DNA of 32,000 nucleotides from Planctomycetaceae bacterium (GTDB taxonomy: Bacteria; Planctomycetota; Planctomycetia; Pirellulales; Pirellulaceae), in the NCBI GenBank assembly GCA_031411655.1, contig JANOBM010000247.1:165610-197609 (forward strand). The letters are read 5' to 3'. The stretch's first letter is position 1. Every line of letters starts with the position of its first letter. Position numbers and translations under genes: made by a program. Below, piece after piece: positions 9,019-17,729 of this stretch. The notes under the pieces were generated by a model, which saw nothing but the letters and a program-made list of their open reading frames with translations, made no database searches and was not told the DNA's origin.

Positions 9019-9395
9019 TCGACCACGCTGGACTGGGTGAAGCCGTTCTTCGCTAAAGATTCAAGTGCCGCGGTCAGGTCAAAACCCGAATCGTACTTCA
9101 CTAAAACCTGTGGATTATCAATCACGCCTTCTTCTTTTTGGTCAGCAAGTTCGACCTCTAGAACATTTCCCTGCCCTTCCAACGTCTTCTTCACTGCTGG
9201 GTAACAGGCGAATGGGCAATGCATGTCATCCACTTGCAAAACCATCGTTCCGGAAGCGGGCATGACCTTATGAGATGCTACAGCGGATGATGGAGCAGAA
9301 GCCGAAGGGGCTCCGCCGGGAACGGGTGTTGTCGCAAAGAGGTAGGCGACGGCGGCAGCGACAACCGCAGATAAGGCGTATAGGACAGGGCGCAT
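9015..9395 (-). CDS. Membrane-anchored heavy-metal-associated (HMA)-like domain protein
   Basis: Start chosen at ATG 9395 (MRPVLYALSAVVAAAVAYLFA, a signal anchor). The C-terminal ~70 aa have an HMA-like beta-alpha-beta-beta-alpha-beta pattern (MVLQVDDMHCPFACYPAVKKTLEG...VLVKYD...ALESLAKNGF) with CX3C in place of CXXC. Confidence 0.55.
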   Translation of the reverse strand: MRPVLYALSAVVAAAVAYLFATTPVPGGAPSASAPSSAVASHKVMPASGTMVLQVDDMHCPFACYPAVKKTLEGQGNVLEVELADQKEEGVIDNPQVLVKYDSGFDLTAALESLAKNGFTQSSVVE

Positions 9396-9524
9396 GGCGT
9401 TTACTTTCACAATACTGGAGCGGGAACGAAACCTAACGATCCTATTTTCCGGCGTTGGCAAGCTGAACGCAAGTCTTGATTCAAACTCCGCAGCGATATT
9501 CCGCGGCTGCTTTGGTCTCAATGG

Positions 9525-10937
9525 CTAGCTCTTTCCCCGGTTGATTGCCAATTGTTGAAGCATCGCTCGAACCTCAGCGGCGAGAAAAAAGGATCCGCAG
9601 ACCACAATCAAATGGGGGCCTTTCACGCGATCAATTGCCATTTGCACTGCTTCGAGTGGTTGATCCTGAGTCGTTGCCTGGGCTCCGGAGGGTAAATCAC
9701 GAAATAACTCAGCGGTGTCTCTGAATCTCGGATTGCCGTGATAGCGAGTCAAAATGACATGGTCGGCCTCGGCGCACAAGCGAGACAACATGGGGCGGTG
9801 TTCCTTGTCTCGACTCGTGCCAAATACGACGGTAATCGGCCTGCCGTCCGCCCGACGAGCGATGCATTCGCACAATCCGGCAATCGAGTCATCATTGTGA
9901 GACGTGTCAAGAATGATGTCGATTTTCTTGCCGATAGAAAATCTCTCCACGCGACCAGCCATGCGGAGCTGAGAAAGGCCCGCTTGTTGTCGTTCAATCG
10001 GTACATCAAGGACACTACCAAGTAAATCCATGATGACGCAGGCAATTGCTGCGTTTCGCGCTTGATGAGCCCCGTCGAGCGGTACCATCCAGTGTTCGCG
10101 ACTTTGAATCACGGCATCGTGGCTGTGGAGATCAAAGGTGGTGCACCACTCGTCCGTCGTTGGGTTGTCATCCGAAGGATCTTGTTTAGTGGTTGTGACC
10201 GCATGGCAGTCAAATTGTTCGTTGATTGCAAATCGTCTGGCGTGGTTCTCCTCCGCGACCTGAAAAATCACATCGCGAGCCTCCTTTCTTGTCACACCGA
10301 TCACCACGGGGATTCCGGGTTTGATGATTCCAGCCTTTTGGAAGGCGATTTCACCCAGCGTATTGCCAAGAATATGTTGGTGATCAAATCCGATGGACGT
10401 AATCGCCGTCACCGCCGGATGGCAAACATTGGTACTGTCCAGCCGCCCGCCAAGTCCGACTTCCAAGACGACCGCTTGGCAATTCCGATTGCGGAAATGC
10501 GTCAGTGCCATGGCCGTCGTCATTTCGAAAAAAGTGGGCGTGCCGAGCTCGCTGGAACTCATGCGGTCAGCTTCGTTTCGAATGGACGCCACCAATTCCA
10601 CGACTTCAGACTCGGCCGCCAACTGCCCATCGACAGTAAAGCGTTCTTCCAGTCTGACCAAATGGGGCGACGTGTAGAGGCCCGTTCGGATCCCTGCAGC
10701 CCCCAACATGGCTGCGACCATGTTGGCCGTACTGCCCTTTCCCTTGGTTCCGGCGATGTGAATCACGGGGATGCTGCGCCCGGCGATCCCGTGTAGCTCG
10801 AGTCGATCGAGCAGTGCATTCATCCTTTTCAAACGAAACGGATAAGGAGCCGTGTCTGCCGTACGTTCGTAATTGATCCGTCCGTACAGGTAGGCAATGG
10901 CTTGCTCGTATGCATCGGAAATGAAATCACTGCCCAT
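9525..10937 (-). CDS. folC: Bifunctional folylpolyglutamate synthase / dihydrofolate synthase
   Basis: Mur-ligase/FolC motifs HIAGTKGKGST, YTSPHLVRLEERF, LEVGLGGRLDSTN, GIIKPGIPVV. Start set at ATG 10937 (MGSDFISDAYEQAIAYL), consistent with FolC N-termini. The ORF is open to 11204, so the start is uncertain. Confidence 0.85.
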   Translation of the reverse strand: MGSDFISDAYEQAIAYLYGRINYERTADTAPYPFRLKRMNALLDRLELHGIAGRSIPVIHIAGTKGKGSTANMVAAMLGAAGIRTGLYTSPHLVRLEERFTVDGQLAAESEVVELVASIRNEADRMSSSELGTPTFFEMTTAMALTHFRNRNCQAVVLEVGLGGRLDSTNVCHPAVTAITSIGFDHQHILGNTLGEIAFQKAGIIKPGIPVVIGVTRKEARDVIFQVAEENHARRFAINEQFDCHAVTTTKQDPSDDNPTTDEWCTTFDLHSHDAVIQSREHWMVPLDGAHQARNAAIACVIMDLLGSVLDVPIERQQAGLSQLRMAGRVERFSIGKKIDIILDTSHNDDSIAGLCECIARRADGRPITVVFGTSRDKEHRPMLSRLCAEADHVILTRYHGNPRFRDTAELFRDLPSGAQATTQDQPLEAVQMAIDRVKGPHLIVVCGSFFLAAEVRAMLQQLAINRGKS

Positions 10938-11322
10938 CCGAGAAACTGTCAACCTTCGGTTTTGCGTCGCAAACAACGGACTTCGTACGGCCCTAACGAC
11001 GATTGTTTTGGCGTTTCCTTGCCTTGGTCGCAAGGTCACGACCGCCCTGGCGGTGGAGACTGCGGACGAAAACGCGGTCTCCATCCGTTCTCGCCGCCTG
11101 TTCGCGATTAAATTCAAATGCAATGATGATTGGAAACAGAACCGAACCAATTGTTGTTTGATTCCGTAGACCCGCCTACCGGTCCCCCTGGGTATGCCAT
11201 TCACTCTCCTTCAAACCACTGTTTCCCTGCTCGTCCGAGCCCTTAGTTCCTTTTCGACTACTTTCCAATTTTTTCGATCCGAACCAAACTTCGGTAAGTC
11301 ACCCTCTCCCCTTCACTGACGT

Positions 11323-12300
11323 GTGCCCGTGGCTATTACAAACATCGCTGCAGCAACCTCCCCTGCAAAATCGCCTTCACCTTCCAGCAACGTGGTGATA
11401 GAAACCCGAAACCTCAGTAAAGTCTATCGAGATTTTTGGGGACGAAAAAAGGTCGCGGCTCTCAAATCTCTCGACATTGAAGTCCGGCAGGGCGAAATCT
11501 TCGGCTTGCTTGGACCAAACGGCAGCGGAAAGTCGACCACGATCAAGCTGATTCTCGGTTTACTGTTTCCAACGAGCGGTCGGGTGCTGGTCTTCGATAA
11601 AGATGCGACCGAAACGAGCAAGAACGAGCGTATCGGCTATCTGCCGGAAGAGTCTTACCTCTACAAATTTCTCACGACGGACGAAACGCTCGATTTTTAT
11701 GGTCGACTGTTCAATTTGTCAGGCGCCGAGCGGAAACGCCGCGTCGATCATCTCGTGAAGATGGTAGGTTTGCAAAATGCCCGCCATCGACAATTGCGTG
11801 AGTACAGTAAAGGGATGACTCGCCGAGTGGGTCTGGCTCAGGCTTTGATCAATGACCCTGATTTGATCCTATTGGATGAGCCGACGACGGGTCTCGATCC
11901 AATCGGTACGCGGGAGATGAAAGATCTCATTTTAAATCTTCGCGATCAGGGCAAGACAGTCCTACTATGCAGCCACCAACTCGCCGATGTCCAGGACGTT
12001 TGCGACCGTGTCGCTATCCTGCATCAAGGCGAGCTAAAAGAACTTGGGCGAGTTTCGGAATTGCTCAAGGTTCAGGACGTTACCGAAGTGCATGCTCGAG
12101 GGCTTTCCGAAGCTGCGAAAACAGAGATTGCCGAAGTCATTAAACGCCACGGTGGGACCGTCGAATCGATCGATAACCCCACAACCACGATGGAAGATTT
12201 GTTCCTCAACATCGTTCGCGAAAGCGATCGTCGACCAGGTGCTCGTCGCGTTAGCTCGAGTGGTTCCGATGCTGATTCAAATCAGGGAGCCGCGAACTAA
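11323..12300 (+). CDS. ABC transporter ATP-binding protein (ABC-2/CcmA-like subfamily)
   Basis: Walker [11 protein letters not shown]-loop, signature-like [15 protein letters not shown], Walker [14 protein letters not shown]-loop LLCSHQL. GTG start. Its stop abuts the next gene's ATG (TAA-ATG at 12298-12303). Confidence 0.9.
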   Translation: MPVAITNIAAATSPAKSPSPSSNVVIETRNLSKVYRDFWGRKKVAALKSLDIEVRQGEIFGLLGPNGSGKSTTIKLILGLLFPTSGRVLVFDKDATETSKNERIGYLPEESYLYKFLTTDETLDFYGRLFNLSGAERKRRVDHLVKMVGLQNARHRQLREYSKGMTRRVGLAQALINDPDLILLDEPTTGLDPIGTREMKDLILNLRDQGKTVLLCSHQLADVQDVCDRVAILHQGELKELGRVSELLKVQDVTEVHARGLSEAAKTEIAEVIKRHGGTVESIDNPTTTMEDLFLNIVRESDRRPGARRVSSSGSDADSNQGAAN

Positions 12301-14211
12301 ATGACACTGCAACCCGAAGATTTCTGGTCATTTACCGAATGGCTGATCCGACCCGATGCTCGCCTGGAAAGCGCTCTGCTTCAAGGCGTCGTGCTTGTCG
12401 TGCTCGCGATTTTGCTAGGGTTACTGATTGGGTACGTGGTATCTGCTGCACGCTATGGCCCCGTTGAAGGTTTTTATGCGGTTGCTCGCGCGGTTCGCGA
12501 CTTCGTTCGTTTTGATCTGCCCGGTACATCACCTCGCCGAATCTGGGCGTTGGCTCGGCTGGCATACAAAGAAGCGATTCGCCGGAAGGTGCTTGTGGTG
12601 GTCGCACTTTTTGTGGTTGGTTTGTTGTTTGCAGGTTGGTATCTCGACCCGCGAAGTGCCGATCCTGCAAGGCTCTATATCAGTTTCGTCTTAACCGCGA
12701 CAAACTACCTGATTTTGATGCTCGCGTTATTCATCAGTACCTTCAGCCTTCCAGCGGATATTAAAAGTCGCACGATCTACACCATTGTGACGAAGCCTGT
12801 TCGTGCGTCTGAAATCGTTCTTGGGCGAATGCTCGGCTTCATCGCCGTAGGGACGGTGATGCTCATTCCGATGGGTATCGCCAGTTATTTCTTTGTTACG
12901 CGAGGTCTTAGGCACGATCATGAGGTCGCCGACATTAAAGATCTCGGCGATGGTCGATTCGAAGGTAAAACCAGTTTTGATCAGTTCCATGAGCACACGT
13001 TCACGTTGGATTCGCCTGCAGAACCAGGTGGAGAAGCAATCGGTGTAACCGATATGGTTCGTGGCCATCGCCATGTCGTTCGGCAAATCGAAGGCAAGTA
13101 CTACATTGGCGAGCCAAGCGGTGCCCTCCGCGCCCGAGTGCCTTCGTATGGAGAATTGGTTTTTACGGATCGGGCGGGCGCAATCCAGGAAGCTGGGATC
13201 GATGTTGGTAATGAAAAGATATCGGGTGGCTACGGCAGTGCCGGGGTGGCTCGCCTCGTCGGTGCCACTCAAGGCCCTCGCCGAATCGAGCATGGCTACA
13301 TGGAAGGTGGGACATTGGGATCCGCAATTTTTACCTTCAAGGACGTGACTCCTGAACGTTATCGCGATCCCAGTGGAATCCCCATGGAGATGGCGCTGCG
13401 TGCGTACCGTTCCATCAAAGGCGATATTGTCTCCGGTCTCAATGGTTCGATCACCCTTCGCAATCCGGACAATAAGCAAATCGAAAGTTCCCCGATCACT
13501 TTCGTGGTGCAAGAATACGAAACGGCGGAAGAGAAGCTTCCCTTCGAAATCGAAGGCAGCGATGGCGCAACGACAAGGCAGCTCAAGCTATTTGATGATC
13601 TCGTAACCGCCGATGGGCGATTGGATGTCATTATCAAGTGTCTCGATAGCGAGCAGTACCTTGGTACGTCTGTTAGCAACGTTTATCTGCGACCTGCGGA
13701 AACTACATTTGCTTGGAATTTGTCGAAATCCTATTTTTCCATTTGGCTTCAAATGGTGATGGTAATCGCGTTCGGAGTGATGTTCAGTACATTCCTGTCC
13801 GGCCCAGTCTCCATGGTCGCAACGTTCGTTTGTGTGCTTCTTGGTTTCACCGCGGAGCAGATCTACGACATTCGCTACTACATGGACCGTGGCGAGGCGA
13901 TGGGTGGTGGTCCAGTCGAGTCGTTGGTGCGACTTCTGCGACAGGACGCGATGACGACACAGCTCGACGTCGATACGGTCGCCAATAAGGTCATCAAGAC
14001 GGTTGACTCCATCGCGATCTACGCGCTGGATGCGATCGCAACGTCGCTGCCGAACTTACCGAAAATGCTGGGTACAGCCGAGTATGCGGCAAGCGGCTTT
14101 GATATTTTTGGATCGCTGCTCGCCCGGCATTCTGTGGCGACGCTCGGTTATTTGATTCTCGCTTTTATCGTTAGCTACTTCTTCCTTAAAACGCGGGAGA
14201 TCGCGGCATGA
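12301..14211 (+). CDS. ABC-2 type (NosY-like) permease with extra N-terminal TM helix and ~270-aa extracytoplasmic insertion
   Basis: 636-aa ORF. ABC-2 permease core pattern (ARLAYKEAIRRKVL..., PADIKSRTIYTIVTKPVRASEIVLGRMLGF). About 7 hydrophobic helices. A long hydrophilic segment spans aa ~203-475. Coupled to the ATPase gene upstream and overlaps the next gene by ATGA. Confidence 0.75.
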   Translation: MTLQPEDFWSFTEWLIRPDARLESALLQGVVLVVLAILLGLLIGYVVSAARYGPVEGFYAVARAVRDFVRFDLPGTSPRRIWALARLAYKEAIRRKVLVVVALFVVGLLFAGWYLDPRSADPARLYISFVLTATNYLILMLALFISTFSLPADIKSRTIYTIVTKPVRASEIVLGRMLGFIAVGTVMLIPMGIASYFFVTRGLRHDHEVADIKDLGDGRFEGKTSFDQFHEHTFTLDSPAEPGGEAIGVTDMVRGHRHVVRQIEGKYYIGEPSGALRARVPSYGELVFTDRAGAIQEAGIDVGNEKISGGYGSAGVARLVGATQGPRRIEHGYMEGGTLGSAIFTFKDVTPERYRDPSGIPMEMALRAYRSIKGDIVSGLNGSITLRNPDNKQIESSPITFVVQEYETAEEKLPFEIEGSDGATTRQLKLFDDLVTADGRLDVIIKCLDSEQYLGTSVSNVYLRPAETTFAWNLSKSYFSIWLQMVMVIAFGVMFSTFLSGPVSMVATFVCVLLGFTAEQIYDIRYYMDRGEAMGGGPVESLVRLLRQDAMTTQLDVDTVANKVIKTVDSIAIYALDAIATSLPNLPKMLGTAEYAASGFDIFGSLLARHSVATLGYLILAFIVSYFFLKTREIAA

Positions 14212-16193
14212 ACCGGTCTACTGGTTTTCGTAATAAACTGATTTACTTAGCGATTCTAATCGCGATGCTCATCCCGCTGTATTTGCTAGGGCAACCTGCA
14301 GGGGGTAGTACGGGCGACGCAGGTGGTCAGCTCACGCAGATGCGAACGAAGTTCAACATCGCGGAAAGTGAATTGGGCGATATCAACCCCGCGAGTGAGA
14401 CCATGAAGCTTGCGTCTCTCGGACTTCGGGGCGTTGCAGCGACGTTGCTATGGAATAATGCACATGAATGCCGCAAAACACACGAGTGGGACCGACTCAA
14501 GGCCACGCTCAATAGCATTGCTTTGTTGCAGCCGCACTACGAAAAGGTCTGGGAGTTTCAAGCTCATAACCTTGCGTACAACGTCTCCACCGAATTCGAC
14601 GACTATCGACAACGGTACGCGATGGTTCGTGAAGGCACCGAGTTTTTGACGCAAGGCGTTGAGCAGAATCGCAAAGCTCCTCGTTTGGTCTGGTACACCG
14701 GATGGTTCTACGGCCAGAAAATGGGAATGAGTGACGAGAAGCGTCAGTTCCGTAAATTGTTCGCTGACGATAATCGGTTGCATGACTCGCTTCGCGAACA
14801 CGACATCAACGTTGACAGTCCTGATGCCCGCGGTCCAGAAAACAAGCCGGACAATTGGTTGGTTGGTCGCCTTTGGCTAAACCATGGGTACGATATCGTC
14901 GACAATGGCGTGAAAATTCGAAATCAGACGCCGATTAATTTCTTTGAGACTGGGCCAAAGTGGCGTATCAAACACGCCGAAGCGATTGAAAGCGAAGGCG
15001 TCCTCGACGACCGTGCAAAGGATGCGTGGGTGAAGGCCGGCGACGACTGGACCACGCTCGGAAAACGAAGTATTCCGACGACTGCGGCTTTCACGATCAA
15101 GATGGGTTCGCTGGATGAGCTCGAACGCCAACTCGCGGATACCAAGGAGGAGTTTCTGACCTTGGTCGGCGACACCATGGAAAACGAGAAACAAGCCTTG
15201 CTCAGCGCACTCACGGTGGAAGAGCGCACGGCCTGGGATACGAATCCCGATGATCGAACGCAGGAGCAAGCGACGCTCGCTACGCAACTCTATTACCGCC
15301 TGCAGCCGTCTCTTGATACCGTCGCGAAGAAATCTCCTCCCGCAGTGCGCCTTCGAGCGATCGAATTGAATTCACTGGTTGGCGATCTCGAAGCTCGCAT
15401 TCAAAAAACGGCAGGCCATCGAACTCAAATCAACTACGATTACTGGAGTACGTTGACCAAGGCTGAACAGGAAGACCGGACGATTCAAGCCCGACGCTTG
15501 CTCTACGATGCGGAGAAAGCCAATGCCCGCGCGGAATTGGATTTGGCGATCTCAAAATACGAAGAAGCATTCGCTCTCTGGGCGAAAGTTTTCGATGATT
15601 ACCCGGTTCTGACTCTCGATGACCTTAGCGAGGATCTTGTTCGGGCGATCCGTCGCTACACCATCGCCATCGACAAGGAGGACTTTGACGAAGACTTTCC
15701 GCTACTCGACTTTGTGACGATGATGAGTGGCGACACACGGTCAGCCGCCGAATACGAGCGACTTCGTAAACTTCAAGCTGAAAAGCTTAAGGCGAAAGAG
15801 GAAGAGCAGATCAAAGCAGAGCTAGAAGCCGAAGCGGCCTCGAAAAGCGAGGCCACAGGCGATGAGGGCGTAGTGGGACCAACCGATGGTTCCGAAGCAA
15901 AGCCAGAAATGACGGAGGCCGCAGAGAATGCAACGCCAGGAGATGCCGCAGCGGACTCCCAAAAAGTTGAACCTACGGATGAGCCAGTCGGTGATGACGC
16001 TGTTCAGGAAAAGTCCGACGATAGTGAACCGTCAGAAAAGGCGGAAGCTACTTCGGAAGCCGGTGAAGGCGAACCTGTAGAAGGCGAACCTGTAGAAGGG
16101 GAACCTGTAGAAGGTGCGGGCGAAGATCCACAAAAATTGAATGAAGGTGACGGAACCTCGCCTCCAGAGGAGCCAGCCAGCGAAGCGTCTTAG
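14208..16193 (+). CDS. Hypothetical membrane-anchored protein with aromatic-rich helical region, coiled coil and acidic low-complexity tail
   Basis: 661-aa ORF. N-terminal TM (LIYLAILIAMLIPLYLLG). W/Y/F-rich helical-repeat-like region (aa ~60-300). Charged coiled-coil-like stretch (KLQAEKLKAKEEEQIKAELEAEA). A ~130-aa D/E/P/S/T tail contains EGEPV x3. ATGA overlap with the permease gene. Confidence 0.75.
   Translation: MNRSTGFRNKLIYLAILIAMLIPLYLLGQPAGGSTGDAGGQLTQMRTKFNIAESELGDINPASETMKLASLGLRGVAATLLWNNAHECRKTHEWDRLKATLNSIALLQPHYEKVWEFQAHNLAYNVSTEFDDYRQRYAMVREGTEFLTQGVEQNRKAPRLVWYTGWFYGQKMGMSDEKRQFRKLFADDNRLHDSLREHDINVDSPDARGPENKPDNWLVGRLWLNHGYDIVDNGVKIRNQTPINFFETGPKWRIKHAEAIESEGVLDDRAKDAWVKAGDDWTTLGKRSIPTTAAFTIKMGSLDELERQLADTKEEFLTLVGDTMENEKQALLSALTVEERTAWDTNPDDRTQEQATLATQLYYRLQPSLDTVAKKSPPAVRLRAIELNSLVGDLEARIQKTAGHRTQINYDYWSTLTKAEQEDRTIQARRLLYDAEKANARAELDLAISKYEEAFALWAKVFDDYPVLTLDDLSEDLVRAIRRYTIAIDKEDFDEDFPLLDFVTMMSGDTRSAAEYERLRKLQAEKLKAKEEEQIKAELEAEAASKSEATGDEGVVGPTDGSEAKPEMTEAAENATPGDAAADSQKVEPTDEPVGDDAVQEKSDDSEPSEKAEATSEAGEGEPVEGEPVEGEPVEGAGEDPQKLNEGDGTSPPEEPASEAS
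16065..16109 (+). repeat. 15-bp in-frame tandem repeat x3 (GAAGGCGAACCTGTA; third copy has one mismatch) encoding EGEPV
   Basis: Read directly: units at 16065-16079, 16080-16094 and 16095-16109, followed by a partial fourth unit (GAAGG). Confidence 0.95.
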
Positions 16194-16403
16194 CCCACAA
16201 GTACCTGAGTTCAGGTGCGTAGGCTACGGATGAAACGACGGATCGAGTCGATACGGGACGTTCAAGCAGCGAAGTCGATTTCGCCGGTCGTTTCTTTGCG
16301 TACCGCGCTGTTGCTCCATACGGTTCGTCGCTAGACAATCTCAGGCGGATCTTTTATTTTGAAGGGACAGGTTGGGTTGCGAGAGACAGGTCAGGCTGGG
16401 TCA

Positions 16404-16476
16404 GGGGCCGTAGCTCAGTTGGGAGAGCGCTGCGTTCGCAATGCAGAGGTCGAGGGTTCAACTCCCTTCGGCTCCA
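16404..16476 (+). tRNA. tRNA-Ala (anticodon CGC)
   Basis: 73-nt cloverleaf folded by hand. Acceptor GGGGCCG/CGGCTCC with the G3:U70 alanine identity pair. D arm GCTC-AGTTGGGA-GAGC, anticodon arm CTGCG-TTCGCAA-TGCAG, T arm GAGGG-TTCAACT-CCCTT, discriminator A. CCA is not encoded. Confidence 0.93.
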
Positions 16477-16638
16477 TTCAGTAAGCCTCCGTTTTTCGCG
16501 GGGTTTTTTCTTTTCGTTCTCTTTTCCGCTTGTCGATGCAACTGGCCCCAATTGCCATGAGTTGACTCCGTTCCATTCGGCTTATTGCCCGCGCGTGTAA
16601 CGAAAGAGGTAACCGTTCGCGGACTGTCGGAGGACGCA

Positions 16639-16800
16639 TCAGTCGGAAAGTTCGGCGCCCAACTCAACCGCGTTTGCGGTTTGGAGCAAGCTTTGATCGG
16701 TGTAGGTGTCCATTGTCAACGCGATGTCTTTTTGCCTCATCACCGCCTGTGCTGTTCGTGGCGAATGCCGCCGTCGATTGGTGCGTCCTCGTCGAGTTTC
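16639..16800 (-). pseudogene. Tyrosine recombinase (phage integrase family) C-terminal stub
   Basis: The frame ends ...SPRTAQAVMRQKDIALTMDTYTDQSLLQTANAVELGAELSD*. This matches the integrase C-terminal pattern (..aQ.lmRHsdi.lTm..Yt, with the catalytic Tyr). No N-terminal or core-binding part is present. The upstream boundary is approximate. Lies 163 nt from the tRNA-Ala 3' end. Confidence 0.55.
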
Positions 16801-16847
16801 GCAGGCGGCGACGATGAACCCGGTCCATCCAGTTATCGATCTTGTCG

Positions 16848-17195
16848 CTAGTCGGCAATCCATGTCGTGACTTGGTAGATATCCAGTCGGAACAAGAGAA
16901 CCGAGAGAATCAAACTCGCGATATACGCAAGTGCATGCTGCACACGTCGTCCCGGCAACCATCCCAAGGCAAACGCAAACGGCGCGACCGCTAAGGCCAG
17001 CAACATCAGGACAATGTGCAGAAAGAGTGGAATGCCAAACAGGAAGCCGCCTGGGTCATGAATGCCCGGAATGGCCCACTCACCAAGTGACCAGCTTGCC
17101 AGCAGCCAGAACACAACTGCGTACATGTAGCTGATTAAGGGCATCATGCAAAAGGCTACGCTCGAACACCAGAACGGTTTGCTCACACGGACCAC
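16848..17195 (-). CDS. Hypothetical small integral membrane protein (about 4 TM helices)
   Basis: 115-aa ORF (GTG start; an internal ATG alternative about 16 codons in). Four hydrophobic stretches. No recognisable motif. Confidence 0.5.
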   Translation of the reverse strand: MVRVSKPFWCSSVAFCMMPLISYMYAVVFWLLASWSLGEWAIPGIHDPGGFLFGIPLFLHIVLMLLALAVAPFAFALGWLPGRRVQHALAYIASLILSVLLFRLDIYQVTTWIAD

Positions 17196-17729
17196 AATGC
17201 CGCCTTTGGATTAAGTCACGAAATGAGAAGACGCTACGCGTTTAAGGGTAGTTTACACGGACTTTTCACAACCATCGAGATATGCGCCGGAAGCATCAGC
17301 GTTTGCGAGGGGGCTGGCTGTCATGTCGTTATTATGAAAGCTTTAAGTGGTCGCCGAGTTCTTCTTCGCACACAACCTTTTTCTTAGATGGATCGATTGT
17401 CTGAAGGATCGCTGTCGCGGACTGACGAGAGGTGATCGTGAACCGGTCAGGAAACGGCCGTGGTTCCATCGGTCTCCGTCTACTTTCGCAGATATTTCAG
17501 GTGTGGCTCACCTGCGATAATAAAATGGATTAGCACCTCGCTCGCGATTGTCCGTATCAATCGCTCGGTTTAGGCCTGTGGGTTCGGAGACCACAACCAG
17601 TTGCATTGGACTCGGCATGGGACGTCAAGTGGTGACCTCGCCTCGCGTTGTGGGCGCCGCTTGCCGGTAAATGCCGCCTGCCCCTAGAAATGCGGTTTGT
17701 CGATAAGTAAAGCGGGCTTTCGAGAGCCT

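Noticed and set aside
10938-11204. 89-codon upstream extension of the folC ORF, and the similar 42-codon extension of the HMA-like ORF at 9396-9521
   Set aside because: The extensions lack FolC or HMA similarity and look like open-frame read-through. Internal ATGs give N-termini that match family expectations. Start positions nevertheless remain unverified.
12727-13512. Long antisense or alternate-frame ORFs: 261 aa here, 244 aa at 10062-10796, 212 aa at 31097-31735, 174-184 aa at 20524-21418
   Set aside because: Each lies entirely inside a longer ORF with clear family motifs or coherent domain structure. Their translations are R/H/S/C-rich with no motifs. Such shadow ORFs are expected in moderately GC-rich DNA.
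16477-16515. Possible terminator after the tRNA (CCG-TTTTTCG-CGG followed by GGTTTTTTC)
   Set aside because: The stem is only 3 bp. The T-run is present but the hairpin is too weak to call.
16354-16667. 65-69-aa minus-strand ORFs overlapping or adjacent to the tRNA-Ala gene
   Set aside because: They are artefacts of the tRNA and its flanks. The tRNA call explains the region.
17196-17679. 10-nt direct repeat AATGCCGCCT at 17196-17205 and 17670-17679, as a possible target-site duplication or att pair
   Set aside because: A single 10-mer match within about 500 bp is not far from chance expectation. It has no similarity to the tRNA-Ala 3' end and no associated inverted repeats.
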